Assembly: GCA_963665295.1 (NCBI GenBank)
Contig: OY762209.1
Span: 2,816,001-2,880,000 of the forward strand
DNA from: Syntrophorhabdaceae bacterium
Lineage (GTDB): Bacteria; Desulfobacterota; Syntrophorhabdia; Syntrophorhabdales; Syntrophorhabdaceae
Direction of reading: 5' to 3'
Length of the DNA: 64,000 nt
In this document: positions 30,429 through 40,449 of the stretch, one piece after another
Layout of the letters: the number at the start of each line of letters is the position of its first letter
How positions within the stretch are numbered: the stretch's first letter is position 1
The notes under the pieces: model-generated
What the model saw: only the letters and a program-made list of their open reading frames with translations
Databases searched by the model: none
What the model was told of the DNA's origin: nothing
Program-made: the position numbers and the translations under genes

Positions 30429-31436
30429 ATGTTAGCCACCATGGTGGTGTCCGGATTCAGGAATAATGGCATATTCGATCTGTCTTCCTCGGACAATCGT
30501 GACAACATCCTTTACCCGTTCTGGCGGTTACGCGAAGAATTCAAGGCGCGGGGAGTTCTTCTCAACACAGGAGACATCAATGCAGGCAAAGAGGTTGGGT
30601 TTGAGATCCATATGGATGTCCAAAAATATAGATCTACCGTTCCCGCATACGTGTTCTTATGGGAAACACCACTGGTCTCTCCTGCCAATGTGTCCGAAAC
30701 ACGCCTTGCCCGATACCGGCGTATCTTTAGCTGGAACGACAGCTTGGTAGACGGCGGTCGATGCAGAAAGTTTTGTCTCCCTGTCACGAACGATTCGGAC
30801 CTTCCTCCGACCTTCGGCTGGGATGGCCGCGATCGGTTTTGCTGCGTCATAGCGGGCAACAAGAGTCTGAAGAAACACGACTCGAGGGATCTGTATTCAA
30901 AGCGGGTCGAGACCATTCGCTGGTTTGAAAGTCATGCGCCGCAGGATTTTGACCTGTACGGCACCGGATGGAATATTCCTCCTGCCCGGCCGGGGTTAAT
31001 CGGCAAGGGATGGTCGAAGATTGCGCCCAAGATATACCGGGGGTTGTCACGCCGGCCGTTTCCTTCCTATCGAGGTCGGGTACAGAGAAAACACGATACC
31101 CTGGTGCAGCACCGTTTTTCTATTTGCTACGAGAATGTGAGTGATCTGCCGGGATACATTACGGAGAAAATATTCGACAGTTTTTTTGCGGGCTGTGTTC
31201 CGGTGTATTGGGGCGCGTCTAACGTGTTTGATTATATTCCCCGGGAGTGCTTCATAGACCGGCGGGAATTCCCGGATCATGAGGGTCTCTATAGTTTCTT
31301 GAAGGCCATGTCCGAAGCGGACTACATCAAATACCAGCGAGCCATTCAGACGTTTCTTGCAAGCCCTTCGGCTGCCCGGTTTTACGGCGAAGCCTTCGCA
31401 TCGAATATTGTGGAAGTTGTCCTCTCGGATTTTTGA
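30429..31436 (+). CDS. Glycosyltransferase family 10 (alpha-1,3-fucosyltransferase-like)
   Basis: F.ICYEN....GYITEKIFD.F.AGCVPVYWG. Confidence 0.88.
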   Translation: MLATMVVSGFRNNGIFDLSSSDNRDNILYPFWRLREEFKARGVLLNTGDINAGKEVGFEIHMDVQKYRSTVPAYVFLWETPLVSPANVSETRLARYRRIFSWNDSLVDGGRCRKFCLPVTNDSDLPPTFGWDGRDRFCCVIAGNKSLKKHDSRDLYSKRVETIRWFESHAPQDFDLYGTGWNIPPARPGLIGKGWSKIAPKIYRGLSRRPFPSYRGRVQRKHDTLVQHRFSICYENVSDLPGYITEKIFDSFFAGCVPVYWGASNVFDYIPRECFIDRREFPDHEGLYSFLKAMSEADYIKYQRAIQTFLASPSAARFYGEAFASNIVEVVLSDF

Positions 31437-32953
31437 CCTTGACACGTGAATTACTCATATTGCTCGTCGCGAGGGTCCTTCAACTCCTTCTGGCCCTGAT
31501 TACCGTGAGGGCGTCTACCATGCTTTTAACTGTGGAGCAATACGGCATGCTGGCCCTGCTCATGGGTTTTAACGCTCTTTGCGGGCTTTTCCTCGTTAAC
31601 CCTATCGGTACTCATATCCAACGCCACACGCACCAATGGGCGGTGGAAGGGTCATTACTTGCCATGCTGCGGCAGTTCAATGGTTATGTTGTGGGCATCG
31701 CGGGGGTCGCAGTTATTTTGGTGGCATCGTGGGCTTTCGCGCGCGGCGAGGGAACCGTGCATCACAGGTGGCTTGCGGCAATCGCGGTGGGGTGGCTGGT
31801 ATATGCGTTCACATGGAACGGCACCCTTGTATCCATGTTGAATATGGTTGGTTTTCGAGGGGTTTCGGCGAGCGCCGCGGTGATGACCACATTGTTTGCC
31901 CTCGCGGGGTCGGTTATTTTGAGCAGTCGTGTGAGTTCAGCCCTGTATTGGATTGCGGGGCAGGCATTGGGGCTCACCATAATCGCTGTCCCGGCCATGT
32001 ACGCACTCCGGAGCAGGGTCCGGCCGGGAACCCACGCACACACGCCCGCAGATTTGAAATTGTTGACCTCCGACACGATATGGTCATTTTGTTTCCCCCT
32101 TGCCATGGCCACAGGGTTCATGTGGGTTTTGACCAGTGGGTATCGTTTTGTCGTGGAGTGGGGGTGGGGCGCACGTTCCCTCGGGTTTATGGTGGCCGGT
32201 CTGGCTGTGGCGACCCAGGTGTGGACTGCCTGTGAGACACTGGTAATACAGTTTCTTTTTCCCCATTTTTACAAGGCCATAAGCGATGACGATCCGGTCG
32301 CTCAGCAGAGGGCCTATTCGAATCTGATCAATACTGTCTGCCCTCTCTACATGTTGTTGCTGGGGGTTACGGTTGCGTCGGGAGGCTGGATTATGGCCGT
32401 ACTGACCGACACAAAATTTCACGATGCCTATGTCTTCGCTCTCTTCGGCGCAGGAATCGAGTGGTGCCGTGCCACGGCGAGTTTGCTGAGTCAGGCTGCA
32501 CAAGTGACGAAACGCACCGCATATGTTATCGGACCTTACGCTTTGTCGGGTTCCCTTGCAATTGGCGGCGGTTTCGTGGCAGGATGGGCACACGCATCCC
32601 TCTATACTGTGGCAGTAGTTCTGATGGCAGCCGGTTTGTTACTGGTAGTTACCATGGGCCGGCAGATGGACCGTTTGATACACGCAGATATAGAGTGGCG
32701 CAGCGTCTTCGGAATGAGCGCTGTCGCATCCGTGATTGTTTTGATAGCGGCTCTGGTCGGGTTACATCCGCGGCCATTCAAAGAGAGCCTTCTTGCCTTG
32801 ACCGGAGTCGGTCTGGCGATTTCAGCGCCATTTCTCATCTTTATAAGAAGCAGTCGGCCCTACCGGGCCTTGTTATCCGTGCCGTTAAGACCGGGGCACG
32901 GTGCGATGGACCTGCACGGGGACGGCGAGCTTGTTTCCCCTAGGAAAGTGTGA
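31433..32953 (+). CDS. wzx: Polysaccharide flippase
   Basis: About 13-14 TM segments; L...YG, PL......W......R pattern; locus context. Confidence 0.75.
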   Translation: MTLTRELLILLVARVLQLLLALITVRASTMLLTVEQYGMLALLMGFNALCGLFLVNPIGTHIQRHTHQWAVEGSLLAMLRQFNGYVVGIAGVAVILVASWAFARGEGTVHHRWLAAIAVGWLVYAFTWNGTLVSMLNMVGFRGVSASAAVMTTLFALAGSVILSSRVSSALYWIAGQALGLTIIAVPAMYALRSRVRPGTHAHTPADLKLLTSDTIWSFCFPLAMATGFMWVLTSGYRFVVEWGWGARSLGFMVAGLAVATQVWTACETLVIQFLFPHFYKAISDDDPVAQQRAYSNLINTVCPLYMLLLGVTVASGGWIMAVLTDTKFHDAYVFALFGAGIEWCRATASLLSQAAQVTKRTAYVIGPYALSGSLAIGGGFVAGWAHASLYTVAVVLMAAGLLLVVTMGRQMDRLIHADIEWRSVFGMSAVASVIVLIAALVGLHPRPFKESLLALTGVGLAISAPFLIFIRSSRPYRALLSVPLRPGHGAMDLHGDGELVSPRKV

Positions 32954-32956
32954 GCT

Positions 32957-33841
32957 ATGATTATTGCAAGAATAATAGGCGGCCTTGGAAACCAGATGTT
33001 TCAGTATGCCGCCGGCAGGGCGCTTTCTCTCGCGAACGACTGCCCTTTGAAGCTGGATATTTCAGGGTTTGAGAGCTATGCTCTCCATAATGGGTACGAG
33101 TTGGATATATTCAACATAGAAGCGGAGATTGCCGGCAGGAAGGATATTTCGTCGCTGACAGGATCACAAGTCCGGTTGGCGAGAATTTTGAGGCAGAAAC
33201 TTGGGTTTTCTAAGAGGAGCCATCGGATTGAGCGGGAATTTTCGTTCGACCCCTGTTTTTTTGACATTGTCCAGCCTGCGTATATTGACGGGTACTGGCA
33301 GTCCTACAGGTATTTCGAATCCCATGCCGCGCAGATCCGCAAGGAGCTAAGTTTTAAAAAGCCCCTGTCGGGGAAGAACCTCGAAATCTCCGGCCATGTC
33401 GCGCAGACCAGTTCGGTAGGTGTTCATATCCGTCGCGGTGACTATATAACGAACCCTGCTTTCGCGAAGGTGCACGGATTTCTGGGTGTGGATTATTATG
33501 TAAAAGCCGTCCGGCTTATAAGGGAGACGATCCCTTCGCCCATCTTTGTGGTCTTTTCAGAGGACATAGCCTGGGCGAGGGAGAATCTTCAGTTGGGACA
33601 GGACGCGGTGTTTGTTTCGCACAATACCGGCATGTCCTCATATGAGGACATGCGCTTGATGAGCATGTGCAAGCACAATATTGTTGCCAATAGTTCGTTC
33701 AGTTGGTGGGCTGCATGGCTCAACAACAACCCGGACAAGATGGTGGTATATCCGTCGAATTGGCTTGCGGGTCGGAAAGCAGTTCAGGACTATGAGCGGT
33801 TCATGGAGGATCTCATTCCTCCAACATGGATAATGGTGTAG
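32957..33841 (+). CDS. Alpha-1,2-fucosyltransferase (GT11)
   Basis: GGLGNQMFQYA, GYWQS..YF, HIRRGDY, ANSSFSWWAAWL. Confidence 0.93.
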   Translation: MIIARIIGGLGNQMFQYAAGRALSLANDCPLKLDISGFESYALHNGYELDIFNIEAEIAGRKDISSLTGSQVRLARILRQKLGFSKRSHRIEREFSFDPCFFDIVQPAYIDGYWQSYRYFESHAAQIRKELSFKKPLSGKNLEISGHVAQTSSVGVHIRRGDYITNPAFAKVHGFLGVDYYVKAVRLIRETIPSPIFVVFSEDIAWARENLQLGQDAVFVSHNTGMSSYEDMRLMSMCKHNIVANSSFSWWAAWLNNNPDKMVVYPSNWLAGRKAVQDYERFMEDLIPPTWIMV

Positions 33842-33844
33842 CGG

Positions 33845-34735
33845 TTGGCTAAAGATCTGTCTCAGATGCAGGATACACAGAATAACGAAGAGGGCGGCGC
33901 AGAACGTTTCGACGACCGTCTGACTGATGTAATACATTTGCTGGACGAGGCCCCTCTTGGGGAAATCAGGACAGTCCTCGATGTTGGGGCGGGAAAAGGC
34001 GAGGTAGCGAAGCGTCTGGCGCGACAAGGGAAGAGCGTAACGTGCACCGGTGTGCAAATCAACTCTTACGTGTCTGACATCGAGGCGCTTCGCGAGGGAT
34101 ACGGCATAGACTACGTGGAGTGCGACATCGAGCATATGCAGTTTCCCGATGAGTCCTTTGATGCGGTGATCATGTGCCATGTACTCGAGCATTGTCCGAA
34201 CGTGTCCATTGCCCTTGGCCAGGCCAGGCGCGTGCTGAAGAAGGGCGGATGGCTGCTCGTCTTTGTGCCTCCTCAGGAAGATGTGGTGTGCGCAGGTCAT
34301 GTTTCAGTCGGTTGGAATGTGGGGCAGCTCATGTATGTGCTCCTCCTGAACGGATTCGACGCACAATCGGGAAAGTTTATCGAGTATGGATACAACGTCT
34401 GCGGGTTCGTAAGGCGTTCCGAGCGCGCGTTACCGGAGTTGAGATGTGATCGCGGAGATATTTCAGTCCTCGCGGGAGAAGGTTTATTTCCGCTGCCCAT
34501 CGGGACGGGCGATGGTGTAGGCGACAATTTTTACGGAAGTATCAAAGCGGTCAATTGGCCTAACATATCGAGGTATAGAACGGGCACCAAGAATAGTCGT
34601 GTAAAACAATGCGCCCTGACGATAATCGACCGTGCTTTGCCGATGGGCATCAAATACCGGGCGGGACGTTTCCTGGTCAAACTTGGCAGGCTTCTGCTGA
34701 AAGTCTCCGTTGCAAACCCCGACCGTCTTTCCTGA
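33845..34735 (+). CDS. Class I SAM-dependent methyltransferase
   Basis: VLDVGAGKG, FPDESFD, HVLEH, RVLK.GG. Confidence 0.85.
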   Translation: MAKDLSQMQDTQNNEEGGAERFDDRLTDVIHLLDEAPLGEIRTVLDVGAGKGEVAKRLARQGKSVTCTGVQINSYVSDIEALREGYGIDYVECDIEHMQFPDESFDAVIMCHVLEHCPNVSIALGQARRVLKKGGWLLVFVPPQEDVVCAGHVSVGWNVGQLMYVLLLNGFDAQSGKFIEYGYNVCGFVRRSERALPELRCDRGDISVLAGEGLFPLPIGTGDGVGDNFYGSIKAVNWPNISRYRTGTKNSRVKQCALTIIDRALPMGIKYRAGRFLVKLGRLLLKVSVANPDRLS

Positions 34736-34809
34736 CGGAGTCCGACCGTCAAGCCAACAGTGTTGAACATAATGTGTTATTCTCATAATTGTTTTTGGAG
34801 GAGGAATTA

Positions 34810-37722
34810 ATGGCTGTCCTCGTAACCGGAGCTGCAGGTTTTATAGGCTGTAACCTCTCGAAGTCGCTGGTTGCCCAAGGCAAGAAGGTGGTAGGGTTCG
34901 ATAATCTTTCGCTGGGCAGGTTATCCAATCTCGAGGATCTCCTTGGCTCGCCGTCCTTTTCGTTTACGGAGGTGGACCTTTTCGAACTCGGTCCGTATAG
35001 GGATGCACTTGCCCGTGCGGCTGCGATCGAGCCCATTACGGAGATCTGGCACCTGGTTGCAAACTCGGATATACCCTCGGGCGTGGAGGACAGCAGGGTC
35101 GATTTCAGGGACACTTTCATGACGACTTTCCATACCCTTGAGCTTATGAAGGAATATGGAATCGGGGTGATCGCTTTTGCCTCCTCCTCGGCCATTTACG
35201 GCAATCATGGAGATTCGACCCTCGTCGAGGACACGGGACCGCTCTTCCCCATATCGAATTACGGGGCAATGAAGCTTGCCTCCGAAGCCGCGATCAGCGC
35301 AGCCGTTGAAAGCTTCCTCGACAAGGCCTATATTTTCCGTTTTCCCAATGTAATAGGCATACCGGCAACGCACGGCGTGATACTCGATTTTATACGCAAG
35401 CTCAAAGCCACCCCGGACAACCTGGTGGTGCTGGGCGACGGCACGCAGCAAAAAAGCTACCTCCATGTTGAAGATCTGGTCGAGGCCATGTTGTACATCC
35501 GGGAGCGGGCCGGTGAACGGCTCAACTACTTCAATGTCGGTGGAGATGATGATGGAGTGACGGTGCGTTTCATAGCCGAGCAGGTTGTTGCCGAAGTTTC
35601 GCCTTCCGCCGCCATACAATACGGATCGGGAAATAAAGGCTGGGTAGGCGATGTGCCGAAGTTTTCCTATTCAGTCGATAAGTTGCGTAATCTCGGGTGG
35701 CGGCCGGGACTCAACTCGGCGGATGCCATATGCCGGGCTATACGGCAGATTGCGGTGCAGGAGAGAAGAATGAAACAGGCGGTAATCCTCGCGGGAGGCA
35801 AAGGTACCCGTTTGCGCGAACGGTTGGGCGACCTTCCGAAACCGCTCATCGATATATGCGGAAAACCGCTCCTTGAGCGGCAGATCGAACTTGTAAAACG
35901 CCATGGTTATACGCACGTACTTCTCCTTGTGAGCTACGCCTCACAGTATATTATCGATTTTTGCGCGGGTAGCGTTGATAAGTGGGGTCTCTCCATCGAA
36001 TGCATCGAAGACGGACAACCTCTTGGCACCGCGGGGGCGGTTCTGGCCCAGAAGGGGCGGCTGGAAGAAGACTTTCTGGTCATGTACGGCGACACGATGA
36101 TGGAAATCGACCTTGCCCGTTTCCATGCATTTCATAGGTCGCGGCCGGACGTGGCGGCCACCCTTTTTCTTCACCCGAACGACCATCCGAACGACTCGGA
36201 CCTGGTGGAACTGGACGACGAAGGGCGGATTGCCGCATTCCACCCTTACCCGCATGATCCGGAGCAATATTACCCTAATCTGGTCAACGCGGCCCTCTAT
36301 TACGTGCGCCGGACAGCGCTCGAACCATGGCGCCACACACAGGGACCCCTCGACTTCGGCAAGCACATCTTTCCCGCCATGCTGGAACGGGGACAGATAC
36401 TTCTCGGTTACAATAGTCCCGAATATATCAAGGACTGCGGCACACCGGAACGGCTCGACAGGGTTTGTGCAGATTTCACTTCGGGACGTGTGGCGCGGGC
36501 GAGTCTGAGTGTGGCGCAACGGGGTGTATTCATTGACCGCGACGGCACGATCAACCGCGAAACGGGTCACCTTTCCCGTCACGAACAGTTTGAACTCCTG
36601 CCGGGTGTTGAAGAAGCGATCAAGCTGCTCAATGGCTCGCAATACCGGACCATCGTGGTCACCAACCAGCCCGTTCTCGCCCGCGGTGAATGTTCATTCG
36701 CCGGATTAAAGCAGATCCACAATAAGATGGACACCCTCCTGGGCCGCAGCGGGGCCTATGTGGACCGCACCTATTATTGCCCCCATCACCCTGACCGGGG
36801 CTTCGAAGGCGAGGTCCCCGAGTTGAAGATCGACTGCAACTGTCGAAAACCCGCCACCGGCATGATAGAACAAGCGAGGGAGGACTTGAATATCGACATT
36901 GCTCATTCGTGGATGGTAGGAGACACCTCCGTTGACGTCCTTATGGCGCGTCGCGCGGGATTGCACTCAATCGTTGTCCAGACCGGTTATGCGGGTCTCG
37001 ACGGGCGCCACGGGGTGACCCCTGATTTCACGGTTCCTGATCTTAATGTCGCGGCCCACCTTATACTGGACGATTATCCGCGATTGCTCGCCATGTGCGA
37101 GGGGTTGGGCGCAGGGATCGCTCCGGGCGATTTTGTGTTTGTGGGCGGTCTGTCGCGCAGCGGAAAGAGCACCCTGGCTGCCTGTCTGAAGGATGCCCTC
37201 GAAAACAGCGGTCGGAAGGCGGTCATTTTTTCCCTCGATCGCTGGCTCCTGAATGAGGGTGAGAGGAAGGAGTCCGTACTCGGCAGATACGGCCTTGGTG
37301 AAGTTCACCCCTTGCTTGCCGGCCTTGCCCGCCGGACAGGCGCGGTCACGGTGAAGGCACCTCTCTACGATAAGATTAGACGGCGGCGGAGAGACGACAT
37401 GGAATTTCTTGAGATAGGTCACAGGGATGTGGTTATCGTGGACGGGACTATTGCTCTGTCGCTCCTTGACGCTGTTCCGGCGGAGATCAGTCATGCATGG
37501 TTCGTTGAAGCCGACGAAGAAGAGCGCCGGCTCCGCGTCCTGCGTGAGTATGAACTCAGGGGTTTTATTGCGGATGAGGCTGAGGCGGTCTATAGGACGA
37601 GACAAGAGGATGAGACGCCGATCATTCTCGCCGGCGCCGGGAGCGCAACACAACGGATCGCTCTGCATCTTGGCCCCTCTCATGTGTCCGACATACCGCA
37701 CCTCAAGGAGCATTGCCGATGA
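34810..37722 (+). CDS. Four-domain fusion: SDR epimerase + HddC-like nucleotidyltransferase + GmhB-like HAD phosphatase + P-loop kinase
   Basis: VTGAAGFIG/YGAMK; ILAGGKGTRL/PKPL; FIDRDGTIN/TNQ/CPHHP/CRKP; GGLSRSGKST; one continuous frame. Confidence 0.85.
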   Translation: MAVLVTGAAGFIGCNLSKSLVAQGKKVVGFDNLSLGRLSNLEDLLGSPSFSFTEVDLFELGPYRDALARAAAIEPITEIWHLVANSDIPSGVEDSRVDFRDTFMTTFHTLELMKEYGIGVIAFASSSAIYGNHGDSTLVEDTGPLFPISNYGAMKLASEAAISAAVESFLDKAYIFRFPNVIGIPATHGVILDFIRKLKATPDNLVVLGDGTQQKSYLHVEDLVEAMLYIRERAGERLNYFNVGGDDDGVTVRFIAEQVVAEVSPSAAIQYGSGNKGWVGDVPKFSYSVDKLRNLGWRPGLNSADAICRAIRQIAVQERRMKQAVILAGGKGTRLRERLGDLPKPLIDICGKPLLERQIELVKRHGYTHVLLLVSYASQYIIDFCAGSVDKWGLSIECIEDGQPLGTAGAVLAQKGRLEEDFLVMYGDTMMEIDLARFHAFHRSRPDVAATLFLHPNDHPNDSDLVELDDEGRIAAFHPYPHDPEQYYPNLVNAALYYVRRTALEPWRHTQGPLDFGKHIFPAMLERGQILLGYNSPEYIKDCGTPERLDRVCADFTSGRVARASLSVAQRGVFIDRDGTINRETGHLSRHEQFELLPGVEEAIKLLNGSQYRTIVVTNQPVLARGECSFAGLKQIHNKMDTLLGRSGAYVDRTYYCPHHPDRGFEGEVPELKIDCNCRKPATGMIEQAREDLNIDIAHSWMVGDTSVDVLMARRAGLHSIVVQTGYAGLDGRHGVTPDFTVPDLNVAAHLILDDYPRLLAMCEGLGAGIAPGDFVFVGGLSRSGKSTLAACLKDALENSGRKAVIFSLDRWLLNEGERKESVLGRYGLGEVHPLLAGLARRTGAVTVKAPLYDKIRRRRRDDMEFLEIGHRDVVIVDGTIALSLLDAVPAEISHAWFVEADEEERRLRVLREYELRGFIADEAEAVYRTRQEDETPIILAGAGSATQRIALHLGPSHVSDIPHLKEHCR

Positions 37723-38699
37723 TTATCAGCCAGACCCCACTACGTATGAGCTTCACCGGCGGCGGCAGCGACCTCCCTGTCTTTTACAGGAATTTCGGCG
37801 GGGCGGTGGTGAGTACCGCCATAGATAAGTTTGTCTATGTCAATGTGAACAAGAAGTTCGATAACGGCATCAGGATCGCATACTCCAAGAACGAAGAGGT
37901 TTCTTCTGTAAGTCAAATAGAGCACCGGCTCGTACGGGCATCATTGGAGCATCTCGGAATAGAGGGCGGAATCGAAATAACGACCATCGCCGATATCCCG
38001 TCCAAAGGGACCGGCCTCGGATCTTCCAGTTCATTTACGGTGGGTCTTTTGAATGCCCTCAGCGCGTACATGGGGCGTTATGTTTCGCAGGAGCAACTGG
38101 GGAATGACAGTTGTCATATCGAGATCGAGCGTTGCGGTGAACCGATTGGGAAGCAGGATCAATACGCGGCTGCCTTCGGCGGTTTCAATCTCATTCAGTT
38201 CAATCCGGACGATTCCGTCATCGTTACCCCCATAATCTGCCGGCGGGAAACCCTTCAATGCATTGAGCGCCGGACCCTGGTCTTCTACACGGGCATTACC
38301 AGAAGCGCGTCGAATTTACTCAGGCAACAATCGGACGAAGTGGATAATCACGTAAAGAAGCAAGGGATTTTGAAACAGATGGTACAGCTGACCTATGACC
38401 TCGCGGACGAGTTACGCCGGGATAATACGGATGCCTTCGGCGAGATCCTCCATGAGAACTGGCTGCTCAAGAAGAGCATTACCGACGGAATCAGTACCGG
38501 TGAGATCGACGGGTGGTATGAAACCGCGCGACGAGCAGGTGCAACGGGCGGCAAGATCCTGGGCGCCGGGGCCGGGGGATTTCTCATGATCTATGCGCCG
38601 GAAGATGCTCATGAAGCCATCAAACATGCTCTGTCGATACTGCGACCGATTCCGGTACGCTTCGAGCCGCGGGGCAGCCGCATAATTTTTTATCACTGA
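37719..38699 (+). CDS. hddA: D-glycero-alpha-D-manno-heptose-7-phosphate kinase (GHMP)
   Basis: TPLR.SF.GGGSD, GTGLGSSSS, GKQDQYAAAFGG, GGK.LGAG.GGF. Confidence 0.9.
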   Translation: MIISQTPLRMSFTGGGSDLPVFYRNFGGAVVSTAIDKFVYVNVNKKFDNGIRIAYSKNEEVSSVSQIEHRLVRASLEHLGIEGGIEITTIADIPSKGTGLGSSSSFTVGLLNALSAYMGRYVSQEQLGNDSCHIEIERCGEPIGKQDQYAAAFGGFNLIQFNPDDSVIVTPIICRRETLQCIERRTLVFYTGITRSASNLLRQQSDEVDNHVKKQGILKQMVQLTYDLADELRRDNTDAFGEILHENWLLKKSITDGISTGEIDGWYETARRAGATGGKILGAGAGGFLMIYAPEDAHEAIKHALSILRPIPVRFEPRGSRIIFYH

Positions 38700-38716
38700 G
38701 CCAGGAGAGAAATGTA

Positions 38717-39289
38717 ATGAAAGACTTTACCGGACACTCCGCCGCCTATTTTGCCAGGCTGAACGACCTGCTTAAGGCAGTCAACCATGAGAGCATCGAT
38801 CACGCCATCTCCTTGATCGCCGACGCGTGGCACGGGGGCAGACAGATTATTACTCTTGGAAATGGGGGCAGTTCGCTGACCGCACTCCATTTCATCAACG
38901 ATTGGAACAAGAGCTTGTTTATGAGGGGCTTGCGCCCGTTCCGCGGCCGAAGCCTGGTGGATAATATCGGTCTTATCACCGCGTATGGAAATGACGTCGC
39001 CTTCAATGACATCTTTGTCGAACAATTGAAGAACATCCTCCTTCCGGGGGACCTTGTGATCGCCATCTCCGGGAGCGGCAACTCGGAGAATGTGATCAGG
39101 GCGGTGGAATATGCAAATCAGAACGGCGCTGTCACGTTGGGTTTATGCGGCTACAGCGGCGGGAAGTTGAAGGAACGCGCCCAACATTGCGTATGGGCAG
39201 CGGTGGATGATATGCAACTCGCAGAGGATGTGCATGCCATATTCGGCCACATAGTGATGCAATGCCTGGGCAGCGCCGGTGATCGATGA
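38717..39289 (+). CDS. gmhA: Sedoheptulose-7-phosphate isomerase (SIS domain)
   Basis: GNGGS, TAYGND, ISGSGNS.NV, ED.H. Confidence 0.85.
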   Translation: MKDFTGHSAAYFARLNDLLKAVNHESIDHAISLIADAWHGGRQIITLGNGGSSLTALHFINDWNKSLFMRGLRPFRGRSLVDNIGLITAYGNDVAFNDIFVEQLKNILLPGDLVIAISGSGNSENVIRAVEYANQNGAVTLGLCGYSGGKLKERAQHCVWAAVDDMQLAEDVHAIFGHIVMQCLGSAGDR

Positions 39290-39427
39290 GACGCCATCAC
39301 GGGCAATATCGGGTCCTTTGACGGGAAGACTCTTCAACCCGGCATCTTTTCCATGTTTTTCGAAGGAGACGGTTCGCGGTGGGCGACGCGGTAGATTCGA
39401 TGATTATTCAACACAGGAATTCATGAT

Positions 39428-40396
39428 ATGGCCCGGAACAACGTAATCGACTGCCTGAAGGGATTTACCATATTGCTGGTTGTCCTGGGTCATGGGATCC
39501 AGATATGTACGAACAATAATTTCGATGCATTTGGTTTTCGACTTATCTATTCGTTTCATATGCCTTTGTTTATGTTCCTTAGCGGTTACGTCGCCGTGTA
39601 CGCGCCTACGGACAGCATTTCCAGGTTGAAAAGCCGTTTTATCCGACTGGTTGTACCGTTTTTTTCCTGGGCCGTAGTCAGCTTTGGCATCAGTTGCGTT
39701 GGAAAAGGCGCTGTCGATTGGTCCTACTGGATAGACCTGTTTAGAAATGTCGACACGGGGCTATGGTTTTTATGGGTCCTGTTTTTGATTCATCTCTTGT
39801 TCTACCTCGGCGAAAAAGTGAGATTTGCCGGGCAGTATTCATTACTCGTACCGTTGGTGCTGGTACAGTTTATCCCGTATTCCTTTCTTGGCATTTCGTT
39901 CGTCAAGATGTACATCGTCTTTTTCTCCATCGGGTATTACCTGAACAAGAATTCCCTTGAATTACTGTTGAGAAAGAGAACAGTCATCCGGTATCTTGTG
40001 CTTTTCTGCACGTTAGCCCTCTACATCTATCTATTTCAATACTGGACATTCGCAGGGAGAGTGGCATTCCTTGGCGTTGACAACTATTTTGTGCGGAAAC
40101 TTTACAAATTAGTCGTAGCAGTGCTGGGTATATTATTTATATACGAAGCGTTCAACATTCATACAGTCTGTGAAAGCAGCCTGAAATGGCTGGGAAAGAA
40201 TACCATCGAGATTTACACAACCCATGCCTATTTTATAAACATCGCCCTATCATTACTGATTTTAGCCGGTTCATTCAATTTGTACGTAAACGTGATGGCA
40301 TCATCCTTATTCGGCCTGCTATGTTCTCTCGTTGTCGCCCATTTTCTTAAGAAGAAGGCAGTCACGTCCCTGCTTTTCTATGGCAACAGGAATTGA
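39428..40396 (+). CDS. Acyltransferase family 3 (polysaccharide O-acyltransferase)
   Basis: D.LKG..ILLVVLGH, YSFHMPLFMFLSGY, RLVVPF, LWFL. Confidence 0.9.
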   Translation: MARNNVIDCLKGFTILLVVLGHGIQICTNNNFDAFGFRLIYSFHMPLFMFLSGYVAVYAPTDSISRLKSRFIRLVVPFFSWAVVSFGISCVGKGAVDWSYWIDLFRNVDTGLWFLWVLFLIHLLFYLGEKVRFAGQYSLLVPLVLVQFIPYSFLGISFVKMYIVFFSIGYYLNKNSLELLLRKRTVIRYLVLFCTLALYIYLFQYWTFAGRVAFLGVDNYFVRKLYKLVVAVLGILFIYEAFNIHTVCESSLKWLGKNTIEIYTTHAYFINIALSLLILAGSFNLYVNVMASSLFGLLCSLVVAHFLKKKAVTSLLFYGNRN

Positions 40397-40449
40397 CTAT
40401 GACGCCGCGGGCAGAATCTGAACGCCGCCTTCTCCATGGGGTTTGATTC

